From positions 448,001 through 512,000 of the forward strand of contig CAVWVI010000001.1 of assembly GCA_963758495.1 (NCBI GenBank): DNA of 64,000 bases, given 5' to 3'. A program made the position numbers and the translations under genes. Under the pieces are notes generated by a model, which had not been told where the DNA came from, did no database searches, and worked only from the letters and a program-made list of their open reading frames with translations. The DNA comes from Oligoflexia bacterium (lineage in GTDB: Bacteria; Bdellovibrionota; UBA1018). The first letter of the stretch is position 1; each line of letters starts with the position of its first letter. Of this stretch, positions 9,756-19,935 are shown piece by piece.

Positions 9756-11234
9756 TCAGATTCTCTTTTTCTTGTCCAAAGCTTTCTTGAGCTGATCACC
9801 CAGAGTCCCAAATGATCCGCCCGTCGATGCTTGGGCGGCATACCCTTTCCAATCATCTCGATTCGGATCTTGAGGCACATCTAAAGAAATACGTCTTTCT
9901 TCAACTCTGAGTTCCCCAATCTGTACCGTGATAGCATCGCCTAATTTAAATTTCTCAAACATAAACTCTGGACGCTCCATCGCTTTTGACTTTGGAAGAA
10001 GCGCTGTCACACCTTCATCAAGCAATACAAAGAGCCCATAGGGCTCACGACGCTCCACTTTTCCTGAAACAATTGCTCCTACTGGAAATTTTAGAGGTAC
10101 CATCACCCAAGGATCTGACCCCGCATCACGCAAGGATAACGAAATACGCTTGGTTTCGGGATGGACTTCTTTAATCATGACCGTAACTCGTTCACCTTCC
10201 TTAACTAGCGCATCCGATTGTATCACTCGCTGGGTATAACTCATCTCTGAGAGAGGAATAAGACCCTCAATTCCAGGAGCCAATTCCACAAATGCACCAA
10301 ATTTCATGCATCGCGTTACTTTTCCCTCTACGACTTGACCTTCTTTAATTTGTGAAGGCAAATTTTCCCAAGGAGCAGGGCCTACTTGCTTTAAAGATAA
10401 GGAGATCTTGAGACGGCCGTCTGTGCTTTCTCTCTTTAAAATTTTGACTCGAACCTCTTGTCCTACACTCACCACTTCTCGAGGATCTTCTACACGAGAC
10501 CAACTCAACTCGGAAATATGAAGAAGTCCTTCAATCCCAGGTGCCACCTCTACAAACGCACCAAAGGGCTCAATTCTTTTGACTACCCCTGAAACCACAT
10601 CTCCATCTTTACGATCTTCTTCAAAAGCCCCTTGAGAGAGGTCTCTTTGCTCTTCAAGCACTCTACGTCGCGATACGATAATGTTACGCCCGCCTTCAGA
10701 AAATTGAGTGATCCTAAACTCAAACTTCTTTCCTACAAATTCTTCACCCGTTTCTACGCGTGAGAGATCCAACTGGCTAATGGGACAAAACGCTAGCTTT
10801 CCTCGTATAGAAACCCGAACCCCCCCTTTGCATACTTCTGTCACTTTCCCTTCGATAGGGATCATCATATCGTAAGCATCTACCAAATCATCCGCGACGT
10901 TTTTAGCTGTAGGCTTGGGGGAGAGGAAAACATCCGCCCCTTTGATCTGGGTGACATAAAGCTCGAGAGTATCCGCAACTTTATAGTTAAATTGACCCTC
11001 CGCATTCAATAAGTCCCGCTTAGAAACAACCCCATCACTCATCGAACCGCTTTGCCCTGTAGAAACAAAGACTTCTTCTTTCCCAATAACGAGAATTTCT
11101 CCTCGTATTCTATCCCCTACAGAAAGCCTCTTTTGAGGCTTCTTAAATGAGTCCTCTAAAAGCCGAGCGAATTCGGCTGATTTCTGTCGTTTTTGGTCAT
11201 CATCAAACGCATCGTTGTCAAATGGATCACTCAT
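9756..11234 (-). CDS. 30S ribosomal protein S1-like protein with multiple S1 domains (probable paralog)
   Basis: Repeated S1 motifs (FGAFVEVAPGIEGLLHISELSW, FGAFVELAPGIEGLIPLSEMS) and the S1-type tail FGTLGDQLKKAL. Confidence 0.88.
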   Translation of the reverse strand: MSDPFDNDAFDDDQKRQKSAEFARLLEDSFKKPQKRLSVGDRIRGEILVIGKEEVFVSTGQSGSMSDGVVSKRDLLNAEGQFNYKVADTLELYVTQIKGADVFLSPKPTAKNVADDLVDAYDMMIPIEGKVTEVCKGGVRVSIRGKLAFCPISQLDLSRVETGEEFVGKKFEFRITQFSEGGRNIIVSRRRVLEEQRDLSQGAFEEDRKDGDVVSGVVKRIEPFGAFVEVAPGIEGLLHISELSWSRVEDPREVVSVGQEVRVKILKRESTDGRLKISLSLKQVGPAPWENLPSQIKEGQVVEGKVTRCMKFGAFVELAPGIEGLIPLSEMSYTQRVIQSDALVKEGERVTVMIKEVHPETKRISLSLRDAGSDPWVMVPLKFPVGAIVSGKVERREPYGLFVLLDEGVTALLPKSKAMERPEFMFEKFKLGDAITVQIGELRVEERRISLDVPQDPNRDDWKGYAAQASTGGSFGTLGDQLKKALDKKKRI

Positions 11235-11276
11235 AATTTCCTGATACAACAGTTCCTAGGCCTCTGACAATCAGGA

Positions 11277-11310
11277 AGTACTCCGGCCTTACAGCAGTAG
11301 CCGGAGTACT
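11277..11310 (-). terminator. Hairpin, probable terminator or stabiliser between the C1 protease and the S1-like gene
   Basis: 11-bp perfect stem AGTACTCCGGC / GCCGGAGTACT with a 12-nt loop. No clear U-tract. Confidence 0.5.
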
Positions 11311-11332
11311 CCTCTCTCATTTGTAATAAAGA

Positions 11333-12868
11333 CTAATTTGTAACAGTCACATCGAACGAATTTGAATCCACCGCGTAGACCTTGCCTTTATAGGTAGTTT
11401 CTCCATGAAACAAGATCTTGTATTTACCATTGGGCACGGTCTGAGTCCTCCAACCCATCTTCATCTGAGGGAAGACATAATCGTTGGATTTCACAGCCAT
11501 AATCTTTCCGGTTGGATCAATTGCTCGAAACTCAACATGCTGCATGGGCACTGAAGACGTAGTCACATTCACATTAAACTCAATACGTCCATCTAATGCC
11601 GCTTGAAGATTTACCCCATCCACAGCAGTAAATGACAAGGATTGATTCGGCGCACTATTAATCATATAAAACTCTCGGACTTGAGACTTCAAAGAAGGTT
11701 CCGACGTGCTTTCAGCATAAATTTCATAACGTCCTTCTTTAAGTTGAGTTGTATCGAGCAGTGCAGAACAACCCTGAGCCGTAGAAACAGAACAAGTGAC
11801 CTGAGTTACATCTCGACCACTCGAATCTCTTAAATGAAATAAAGCAGCCTGATTTTTTAACTGATCACTTTGAACCACGAGTTTATAGTTTCCTGAAATG
11901 TATTCTCGATCTGAAGGTGCGGTCACAGAAATTTGACCTTGAGAAGAGGGGATTTCCAATTTCCAAGTATTAGCGCCAATACCAGAAGAATCGTCCCAGC
12001 TAATCCAGGCGAAACCATTTTCTCCCCATTCAGCTCCCCAACTATTTCTAATCAGCCAAGCTCTCTTGCTATCGTCAAATCCAACTAAACTCACAGCATG
12101 TCCACCTACAATGTCATCCGTGACATGTTGATAGACCCCACTCGAATAAGTAATAAAATCCGAATAGACTTCTAAAGTCGTAACTAAGGGGCCATTTTTA
12201 AGCGCCGCTTTCACAGCATCTACACTGCCACCATAAGATGAAGGGGTACTATAGCCTGCTATTTTCAAACTTCTCGCGTCGGAGTCTCCACATTTCTGAT
12301 TACATGAAACGTCAGCACCCGTAGAACCAGACACGTAAGGCATACATGCCTCATCAGGAACTCCGGTGCTCTGCAAAAAACTAGCGGCATCTTCTGGCAT
12401 CCACCCCGTAGCACAAGATGCACCGCCACATGAAAAAAGTGTTTGAGGTGAAAAAGTAGGATGAAGCCACGGAACTCCAGCAGAAATTGAAGCCTGAGCT
12501 TCAAGGGTTGCAATCGTAGCGAATGCAACGCAACTTCCACAATTTCCTTGATTCATGACAGGACCTAACCAATTCACTCCATCTTTATTACGCCAATCTA
12601 CCCCCTCTGCTAAACCATGTTTAAAAATACCCATGGATTCAAAATCAAGCGTTCCCTGAGGCGAACTTTTTAAGCCCAACATCCTTTTCAACTCAACTTT
12701 AGATAAACGCGTTATCCAAGATTCCTTTGCTCGCCAGTTTAAATGCTTTTGAGCAATCTGGTTTTGAACTGATTGAATATCAATCACTTTTTGGGATTGC
12801 GCAAACGCCGAAGTTCCCACCAACACCCCCACCAACAGTTCCATTCCTAGAACTTTTACTATTTTCAT
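11333..12868 (-). CDS. Secreted papain-like cysteine peptidase (family C1A) with a C-terminal beta-rich extension
   Basis: Signal peptide (AFA|Q); VDWR, NQGNCGSCVAFA, GGHAVSLVG, WLIRNSWGAEWGENG. Confidence 0.93.
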   Translation of the reverse strand: MKIVKVLGMELLVGVLVGTSAFAQSQKVIDIQSVQNQIAQKHLNWRAKESWITRLSKVELKRMLGLKSSPQGTLDFESMGIFKHGLAEGVDWRNKDGVNWLGPVMNQGNCGSCVAFATIATLEAQASISAGVPWLHPTFSPQTLFSCGGASCATGWMPEDAASFLQSTGVPDEACMPYVSGSTGADVSCNQKCGDSDARSLKIAGYSTPSSYGGSVDAVKAALKNGPLVTTLEVYSDFITYSSGVYQHVTDDIVGGHAVSLVGFDDSKRAWLIRNSWGAEWGENGFAWISWDDSSGIGANTWKLEIPSSQGQISVTAPSDREYISGNYKLVVQSDQLKNQAALFHLRDSSGRDVTQVTCSVSTAQGCSALLDTTQLKEGRYEIYAESTSEPSLKSQVREFYMINSAPNQSLSFTAVDGVNLQAALDGRIEFNVNVTTSSVPMQHVEFRAIDPTGKIMAVKSNDYVFPQMKMGWRTQTVPNGKYKILFHGETTYKGKVYAVDSNSFDVTVTN

Positions 12869-12975
12869 TATACAAGTGTAACAAATATGGCCTTTGCTTA
12901 AAGTAATTATTTACATCTTAATAAAATATTTTTATTATAATAACTTAAATACCTATTTTAGCTGAATTCAACAAA

Positions 12976-14535
12976 CTAAGCTCCTAAATTAAGAACAATT
13001 ACCACATAAGCTTCTGCATTATTTACGGCAATACGCCTAACCCGCAAGAGATATTCCTTTTTATATTTAACTATTGAATAAAATTGTTTTACATTACTAA
13101 TTGGGTTTTTATCGACTTCAATAATGACATCTCCCCTTGTCAGCCCCGCTAAATCAGCCGGAGTCCCTGGATTGACATCAGTCACAAGAACTCCTCGGAA
13201 TGGGGAATTTATTCCCAACTGCCTAGCAATATCGGGTGTAATATTCTCTAATGACATTCCAGTATTAATATGAGGGGGTTGTTTTTTATTTTTATCGCCT
13301 CTCGTCGAAGAGGATTCGTTACGAGCGCTAGGTCTCGGAGCAATTTTAATAGAAAATACCTTTTTAGAGCCATTTCTGGAAATTTCTAGTGGAACTGTTT
13401 GCCCCACCGAAGTAGAGCTGACCACTCCAATCAAGTCAGTAGCGGTCCGAATCGGTTTTCCATTAAAGCTCAGGATAATATCATAGGGCTTCAAGCCAAT
13501 TTGATCAGCTGGTCCACCTGGATAAACATAAGTTACAAAGGGAGCCTGTAAGGCCTTACTTACTCCTAACTTTTTTGCAATATCTGGAGTCAACTCTCCA
13601 ACTAACACTCCAACATATCCTCGAGTTACTGTACCCTTGCTTTTAAGTTGAGGGATAATGGTATTGACTAAACTCATTGGAATTGCAAATCCAATCCCCT
13701 GCGCTCTTGCCTCAATAGCGGTATTCATTCCGATGACTTCTCCATTGAGATTAATCAGCGGCCCTCCTGAGTTACCTGGATTAATAGGCGCATCCGTTTG
13801 AAGATAATTTCCCATCGGAAAATCAGGGCTCAATCTCCCTTTTGCAGAAATAATTCCATGTGTGACGGTATGACCCTGACCGAAGGGGTTCCCAACTGCC
13901 AACACGTACTCTCCCACTTCTAACTGATCAGAATTTCCGAGAGCAATAGGTACCATCTTTCGTTCTGTTTTCACCCGAATGAGGGCCACATCGAGCTCTG
14001 GATCTCTTCCGATCACGACTCCATCTGTTGGGGTTTCACCTTCTGCTTCGGTAAACTGGATTTTGATTTCATCCGCTCCTGCCACTACGTGATTATTAGT
14101 TAAAATAATTCCAGACGAGTCGATAATGAACCCTGAACCCAAAGCAATTGCATTGGGTCGCTGCTTAGGCAAAGAAGGGGGAGAGGAAGAGCCATCATCC
14201 CCTTTGGAATTATCGCCTCTGGCGCCAAAATCACGTCCAAAAAAATCTTCAAAGAATTTTCTAAATAAATCATCCGGAGTACCCTGCGTAAAAGGACTTT
14301 TTACCGTAGATAATGTAGAAATATTAACAACGGATGGAACGGTTTTTTTAGCTAAATTTACAAATATATTCGCATCAATTGGACCCTTTACCTCAGCACA
14401 TAATCCTAATGTTGTAAATCCTACTAAAACTACGCAAAGAACCGTAAGCACTGTAAGGAGTCCTGTTACGCCGGGAGTCCAAATCTTTACAGCGTAACAG
14501 GAACTACTTACGTTCAACTTTGAAACTATGTACAT
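12976..14535 (-). CDS. degP: HtrA/DegP (Do) serine protease with two PDZ domains
   Basis: LGSGFII, TNNHVV, DVALI, QTDAPINPGNSGGPL and two PDZ-like repeats. The N-terminus contains a repeat-element insertion. Confidence 0.93.
   Translation of the reverse strand: MYIVSKLNVSSSCYAVKIWTPGVTGLLTVLTVLCVVLVGFTTLGLCAEVKGPIDANIFVNLAKKTVPSVVNISTLSTVKSPFTQGTPDDLFRKFFEDFFGRDFGARGDNSKGDDGSSSPPSLPKQRPNAIALGSGFIIDSSGIILTNNHVVAGADEIKIQFTEAEGETPTDGVVIGRDPELDVALIRVKTERKMVPIALGNSDQLEVGEYVLAVGNPFGQGHTVTHGIISAKGRLSPDFPMGNYLQTDAPINPGNSGGPLINLNGEVIGMNTAIEARAQGIGFAIPMSLVNTIIPQLKSKGTVTRGYVGVLVGELTPDIAKKLGVSKALQAPFVTYVYPGGPADQIGLKPYDIILSFNGKPIRTATDLIGVVSSTSVGQTVPLEISRNGSKKVFSIKIAPRPSARNESSSTRGDKNKKQPPHINTGMSLENITPDIARQLGINSPFRGVLVTDVNPGTPADLAGLTRGDVIIEVDKNPISNVKQFYSIVKYKKEYLLRVRRIAVNNAEAYVVIVLNLGA
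14444..14511 (-). mobile_element. Copy E of the GTAAG...CTTAC palindromic element (33-bp internal deletion), in frame inside degP
   Basis: Reverse complement is GTAAGTAGTTCCT|GTTACGCTGTAAAGATTTGGACTCCCGGCGTAACAGGACTCCTTACAGTGCTTAC, collinear with copy A (60003-60103). Confidence 0.85.
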
Positions 14536-14599
14536 AAATTTATGCCCCGCTTACCCATGTCAAAATAAAGAATTTTGATAGTGCAAGTTCTGTACGCAA

Positions 14600-16324
14600 T
14601 TAAGATGAATCACTATTGTCATAAATGGCCTGCTGATCTACGATTTCTTGCATTTCTTCAGCAGAATTAACTAGATGGATTTTGTCTTTAAATTTTTCAG
14701 GTAAATTAAGCTTCTTCAACCAGCTCACAAGACCTGTATAATAGTGGCGCCCAACGAACACAAGAGGAGCCTCGGTTTCGTTCTTTGAACCGATTTTTAT
14801 TAAAAGGGCTGCAAGCTCCCTGAGGGTATTCTCACCTCCAGGCGTAAATACAAAAAGCTTTTGATTCTGAAAAAGTAGAGGAATCTGTTGTGTATACCCC
14901 TCGGTAGGCAGAGTCAGATCATGGCAATGGCGAGCAGGTGCCTCTTCTAAAGGAAGGCTCCAGGATGGGTTCTCGATCGGAATTCCGATTGAAACAACAT
15001 TCGGATTCTTCTGAATATGCTTCTGATCGTGAGTAACTTGATTTGCGACCTCTAGAAGTCCACCTCCACCACTGGTGATGATTGAAAGTTGAGCTTGAGT
15101 AATTACTTCCACAGTCCTTCGCACTAAGTCTTCATAGGTAGAATTTTTCAGAGTAGAACCGAAAACTACGGCCCGTCCTCCCTTGAAAAAGTTATCCAAT
15201 AACGTGAAAGACTTGGCAAATGTGTTTCCATTTTGAATGATTTCCTCAAATCGATCTGGATGGATTTCAGATAATATCGCCCCAAGGTCGGCGGAAGGTA
15301 TAAAAGAATCTATCCCATAAGACGCATACTCATACCAATAATGCGCATAGTTATTCAGTGAAAAAACGATCGAAGAACTTCCATTATAAACTTTTGGCTC
15401 TTGATCTGATGGATATCGAATTCCTAAGTTTTTTACACTCCTAGGACATCTCACCTCTTCAATGACTTCGACGACAGAGCCAGAATCTAGGTGGCTCACC
15501 CATTGAGAGAGTCCGGAATTTACCCATTGGTCATTCAGGTCTAGAACTTTAAACCTATTTTTTCTTTGGTTCATTCCCTTAATAAACAAACCCATGCCAG
15601 TAACTGAATCTGGAGAGATTAAAATCTCATGAATGGAAAGAATACTCATCATCCTAGTGTAAGGATTGTCAATGACGAGTGTCCCACTGGATTCATGACT
15701 GTGATTTCCACTGATTCCCAGGCGTCGTCCTTTTGGCACTGCCTTCTTGATAATGGGAGTAATGGCCGAATCTGCATCATAAACGACCAGATACCCATAA
15801 TGATAGAGCTTTGATGCTAAATCATGAATCTGTTTTTGTTCTGGCCCACTGAATTGGCTATCTCCATTCCCTATCGCCAAAAAAATAGGAAAATCGTGCT
15901 TTTTAGATGCATTTTTAGATACCACGTTATCAAAATAATACTCTGCCAATTCATCTCGAACTTTCACTGAGCTGGGTGTTAGCGATCCATTCAATAAGTT
16001 CCGAATCTCAATTCGTTTTTGCCAGATTTTCTCACGAATCAACTTTTTACTAGCCTTCTGCCTGGCTTTCCACTCTTGGAGGATTTGCTTTTGTTGCGCG
16101 GCCTCAGTCCTCATCAGTGCTTGCTTGTGCCATTTCTCTTTCCATTGAACTTTCTTATTTTCTATAAATCTCTGCCAATCATCAAGCCATCCTTGCCGAC
16201 AAGGTGCGGCGCTTTCCTGAACCTCCGAGGTATTTTCATGACCTTCGCTCCCTGCCCAAAGGGGCTGAGAAACCAAAACGAATAAAGACACAATAATGAG
16301 TTTCAATAAGAAATTTTTAAACAT
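14600..16324 (-). CDS. Secreted tandem LOG/SLOG-like protein, degenerate paralog
   Basis: Signal peptide (LWA|G). C-terminal VFGS, IITSGGGGLLEVAN, SIGIP and PGGENTLRE. Paralogous to 16352-17956. Confidence 0.7.
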   Translation of the reverse strand: MFKNFLLKLIIVSLFVLVSQPLWAGSEGHENTSEVQESAAPCRQGWLDDWQRFIENKKVQWKEKWHKQALMRTEAAQQKQILQEWKARQKASKKLIREKIWQKRIEIRNLLNGSLTPSSVKVRDELAEYYFDNVVSKNASKKHDFPIFLAIGNGDSQFSGPEQKQIHDLASKLYHYGYLVVYDADSAITPIIKKAVPKGRRLGISGNHSHESSGTLVIDNPYTRMMSILSIHEILISPDSVTGMGLFIKGMNQRKNRFKVLDLNDQWVNSGLSQWVSHLDSGSVVEVIEEVRCPRSVKNLGIRYPSDQEPKVYNGSSSIVFSLNNYAHYWYEYASYGIDSFIPSADLGAILSEIHPDRFEEIIQNGNTFAKSFTLLDNFFKGGRAVVFGSTLKNSTYEDLVRRTVEVITQAQLSIITSGGGGLLEVANQVTHDQKHIQKNPNVVSIGIPIENPSWSLPLEEAPARHCHDLTLPTEGYTQQIPLLFQNQKLFVFTPGGENTLRELAALLIKIGSKNETEAPLVFVGRHYYTGLVSWLKKLNLPEKFKDKIHLVNSAEEMQEIVDQQAIYDNSDSS

Positions 16325-16351
16325 CAGTCTTCACATCCTCTTTAACGACTT

Positions 16352-17956
16352 TCACGTCCTCTGCAACTTTATCTTTGGATTGTACAAAAATACCTTTTTA
16401 CGAAAGGATGCCGGCAGGGGTAATTTTTCAAGCCAACCGAATAAAGAACCATAATAGGCTCCACTTAGGAAGAAGATGTCTGCAGAATCATTGGACCCGA
16501 GTTCCGTTGCAAATTTGACCAGCGTGACGGCCAGTTCCTTCATCGTCCCGCTGCCCCCCGGTGCAACAAGAATGAATTTCCGATCCTGAAGTAATAACGG
16601 GATACGAAACTCATACCCAGGCACTGCTAATGTCAGGTCGTGATCACCATCAGCCGTAAAAAGCTCGCTGAAAATCCGATGAGAACCCCCTAAGGGAATT
16701 CCTATCGACAACGCACCTTCTTGACAGGCGACACGATTAGCGGTTTGCATAAATCCTCCCGCCCCCCCCGTTACGATGGGATTACTCTCTTTTGCAAGCT
16801 TGCGAACCGCTGCTTGGACTAAGGGTTCATAATGATAACTTCCACTCCCTGAACCAAAAAGTACCGCCCCACCAGGGATTCTCTGCCCAGTTTTCGGATG
16901 AAGCGTGAGAATATTTGATTTCCTGGAATAAGACTCTGCCCTCTCATGGATCTCAAAAATATCTTTCGATTCGAATTGATTGAGGAAATCCAAGTATTCT
17001 ACTTGTGGTATTTTTTTCAAACTAGCGCCAAACGAAGATGAAAAATGAGAATATGAAAAATAAAAAATACTCTTAATTAAATCTTCGACGGAACTATAAG
17101 TTTTAGGTTCCTTGTAGGTTGGATAGCTAATCCCTAGATTTACTGGAGACTCTGCGACACTCGAGGACCAATTGGATAAGCCATGCTTTGGCCATTGATT
17201 CAAGGGATCAAATACAGAGAACTTATTTTTAAAATTTCCATATCCTTCGATTAATAAACCTAACCCAAGCACTGAGTCGGGGGAAATCACAATTGACTCA
17301 ATGGTGAGCAGTTGATTCATTCGAATATAAGGATTGGAGATCACGAGTACGTCATCGCTCATGGCCTCCCAAAGCCCACTGATCCCGAGTCGATAACCCC
17401 GAGGGACCGCCTCTCGGATCAGACTAGCCGCTTGTGAATCTGCATCGTAAAGAACACGACTCCCTTTTTCGTAAATTCCACGAGCTAACTCAGATACTTT
17501 GGAAGCCACTTCTGGGCTTAAGGGATTCATCTTATTACCCAAAGCGAGAAAAACGGTTCGTTCCGCAGAAATGGCCAGCTTTTTGGAGAACCAATAGGCT
17601 GATATTTCATCTCGGACCGTCTGAGAATAGGAGTTGAGAGGCTGCTGATGTATCGCACCGATGAGCTGATTTTTGGCTGTTTCCAAGGAGCGGACCTCTT
17701 GCACTTGCCCAACAGACTCACTTGCTTTCATTTCTGAATTCAACACAGGTCTTTCTTCTTTGTCTCTCTTCGTTTCATAATGATAGTACTGCGCCTCGGG
17801 ACGAGAGTCGAATATACGTTCGCGCCATATACTGACCTTGTTTTTCCATTGCGATGGCTTTTCATAAACTTCGGGTAAGTCATCTGGACTCGCCGACGAG
17901 ATATTTGGAATACTCAGCGCAATGAAAAAAACTCCAAGTTTAAAGTTCAACATCAT
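16352..17956 (-). CDS. Secreted tandem LOG/SLOG-like nucleotide phosphoribohydrolase
   Basis: Signal peptide (SSA|S); VLFGSG, IVTGGAGGFMQTANR, SIGIP, EFRIP and PGGSGTMKE, which matches the LOG PGGxGTxxE motif. Confidence 0.78.
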   Translation of the reverse strand: MMLNFKLGVFFIALSIPNISSASPDDLPEVYEKPSQWKNKVSIWRERIFDSRPEAQYYHYETKRDKEERPVLNSEMKASESVGQVQEVRSLETAKNQLIGAIHQQPLNSYSQTVRDEISAYWFSKKLAISAERTVFLALGNKMNPLSPEVASKVSELARGIYEKGSRVLYDADSQAASLIREAVPRGYRLGISGLWEAMSDDVLVISNPYIRMNQLLTIESIVISPDSVLGLGLLIEGYGNFKNKFSVFDPLNQWPKHGLSNWSSSVAESPVNLGISYPTYKEPKTYSSVEDLIKSIFYFSYSHFSSSFGASLKKIPQVEYLDFLNQFESKDIFEIHERAESYSRKSNILTLHPKTGQRIPGGAVLFGSGSGSYHYEPLVQAAVRKLAKESNPIVTGGAGGFMQTANRVACQEGALSIGIPLGGSHRIFSELFTADGDHDLTLAVPGYEFRIPLLLQDRKFILVAPGGSGTMKELAVTLVKFATELGSNDSADIFFLSGAYYGSLFGWLEKLPLPASFRKKVFLYNPKIKLQRT

Positions 17957-18018
17957 AATCTACCTACTCTTTGAAATATTTTTTTGAGAAATATCTCTTT
18001 GAAAAATATCAATCCACA

Positions 18019-19935
18019 TTAAGAAGATTTTCTGAAAAAGGAAAACCAGGACTGCTTCGGATGCTTCTTTTTGAATGCCACTCTTGCGTGCCCATATCGA
18101 AGTGATTCCTGAGAATGAGTCAGGTTCTTATGGGAAGGCTTCCGTAACGCCTTGTATTCTGCTCGAGTCGTAAGCTGACCGAGGGCTCGCTCGGCAATCC
18201 TATAGTGGGACAAACTGTTCTGCTTAATCGAAGAAATCAGTCGATTCATGTCATGAATATCGGGGTGTAATTCAAAATAGAAATCCAAAACCGAGTCTAA
18301 GATTAATTTTCTTTTTTCTTCCGGAAAAATATTCAACAATCTTATTAATGAAGCTTTATCCAGGTTAAATTTCAGAATAAGATCTGAATTCGCTACCAGG
18401 TAATCCCGTTGCCCACTGGATAGAGAGTTTCGAACTAACTTCAAGAGTCGATTCATTTCATCATCAGATTGAACTAAAGAAAGCGCTAATTTGAATACAG
18501 TTGGGTGCTTCGATAATTTGGCCTTAAAACTGTTTGAAAAAGAAGACGGGTCCATTACTTTAAGCACGGCATCAAAGTCCATCTTTTCGTTAGGACTCAT
18601 CATTCTTGCCAAATAAACAGCTTCAAACTCTTTCTTATTCAAATTAATTAAACCGAATTGTTCGTTCATTTCGAGCAAATCATCCAAAGTCGTAAGATCT
18701 GCCTTCGCCATCAACAGATTCACCTGGATGGTTAGATCCTTTAATAGTTGAGTCTGTCGATGAGAGGTCAATCGTGTGTTCTTTAGCTCCAGTATAAAAT
18801 GACGCATACCTTCCGAAGTGTGCACGTCTTCCAGTAATTTTTTCAATAGGAAATACTTATTTTCTGCAGATTCCCGCATGGTTGGAAACGAATATCCTAA
18901 TTTGGACGCTTCGTTCTTCACATTTATAAAAAACTGCGGTGATTGAGCGGCTCGCACCACATAAGCTTGAAAGCGGATCGTCGCCTCACGCACTTCCTCT
19001 AAGGCAAGTGAACCCACTTGCGCTAAAACTCGTCCCTGACCGGTTTGGATCACTGGCCCATAGGAACCATGCCAGGACCCAGTCCAATGGGTGTATCCAG
19101 CCTCATTGGTTCCAATGAATTCCTGAGTCACATTGCCATCCGTATAGGTAAAAATAGTGTAATGATCAAAATCGATGAAGTTCTGGTCCTGATCTTTTTC
19201 GATTAACTTCTGCGCCTGTAAAGCATCCCTATGGGGGATTGCCGTAGTCGAGACTCGGAGACCGATAAAATTAAAATACGGCAGCAAATCAGAGGAAGTC
19301 CAAGACAAGGATGGCCATTTATGACCCTGAGCCAAAGCTCCATAAACAGCATTCAGAAGATAACGCCCCTGACGCCCTCCTCCTCTTGAAACTGCATCAA
19401 TCAGAATAAAAGGATGCATTCCTTCTTTCAGTTCGAGACCCTGAGACTCAAGCAGACCCATGGCAAGTTCACCTGTAAGCCCGTCGAGTGTACCTCGACT
19501 CATACCGATCCGTGCGACTCGATCTGTCTGACCGATTGAACGATAAAAGGCCTCAAACACATCGGCCAAAATGGCCATATCACGTCCGATAAAAGCCCAG
19601 GTTGCACCTGGAAAAGCTTTTTCAAAGGACGCAATCATTTGCGGTGCCCCTTGGATCAGAACAGTGTACCAGATTGGAAAATTATTTTGGAGATCATTCC
19701 TCGGCTTCTGGCTGTCTTTGGGTAAACTTGTTTCACTCTGCAGTTCGGGTAGCGGAGTACTGTTTTTCAAATACTGCTCTATCTGCTGAACCGATGGGCG
19801 CTGAACCTGATTGACTAGCTTCAAAAGATCCAACCTGGATGCGGCCAGTCCTTCAGCAGTCATGAGAGTAGGTAATAGAAAACTGATTAAAAATACCTGA
19901 ACCTTGATGGATTGAACTCCCTGAGAAAACTTCAT
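18019..19935 (-). CDS. Secreted hypothetical protein, paralog of 19932-22316, with a PRTase-like N-domain and helical C-terminus
   Basis: Start at ATG 19935 gives an ATGA overlap with the upstream gene. Signal peptide. Shared motifs PGAxWAxxGRD, FxEAFY, hhhhD and a C-terminal TRxxYxALxxPS. Confidence 0.7.
   Translation of the reverse strand: MKFSQGVQSIKVQVFLISFLLPTLMTAEGLAASRLDLLKLVNQVQRPSVQQIEQYLKNSTPLPELQSETSLPKDSQKPRNDLQNNFPIWYTVLIQGAPQMIASFEKAFPGATWAFIGRDMAILADVFEAFYRSIGQTDRVARIGMSRGTLDGLTGELAMGLLESQGLELKEGMHPFILIDAVSRGGGRQGRYLLNAVYGALAQGHKWPSLSWTSSDLLPYFNFIGLRVSTTAIPHRDALQAQKLIEKDQDQNFIDFDHYTIFTYTDGNVTQEFIGTNEAGYTHWTGSWHGSYGPVIQTGQGRVLAQVGSLALEEVREATIRFQAYVVRAAQSPQFFINVKNEASKLGYSFPTMRESAENKYFLLKKLLEDVHTSEGMRHFILELKNTRLTSHRQTQLLKDLTIQVNLLMAKADLTTLDDLLEMNEQFGLINLNKKEFEAVYLARMMSPNEKMDFDAVLKVMDPSSFSNSFKAKLSKHPTVFKLALSLVQSDDEMNRLLKLVRNSLSSGQRDYLVANSDLILKFNLDKASLIRLLNIFPEEKRKLILDSVLDFYFELHPDIHDMNRLISSIKQNSLSHYRIAERALGQLTTRAEYKALRKPSHKNLTHSQESLRYGHARVAFKKKHPKQSWFSFFRKSS

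Noticed and set aside
11250..11315. Resemblance to a c-di-GMP-I riboswitch P3 (CTCCGGCCT..GTAGC) or to the GTAAG element (AGTTCCT..AGG..TGACAA)
   Set aside because: No P2/GAAA tetraloop, antisense to the flanking genes, and no GTAAG/CTTAC ends. Kept only as a hairpin.
14582..14597. sigma54-like sequence upstream of degP (GCGTACAGAACTTGCA, minus strand)
   Set aside because: The invariant -24 GG is absent.
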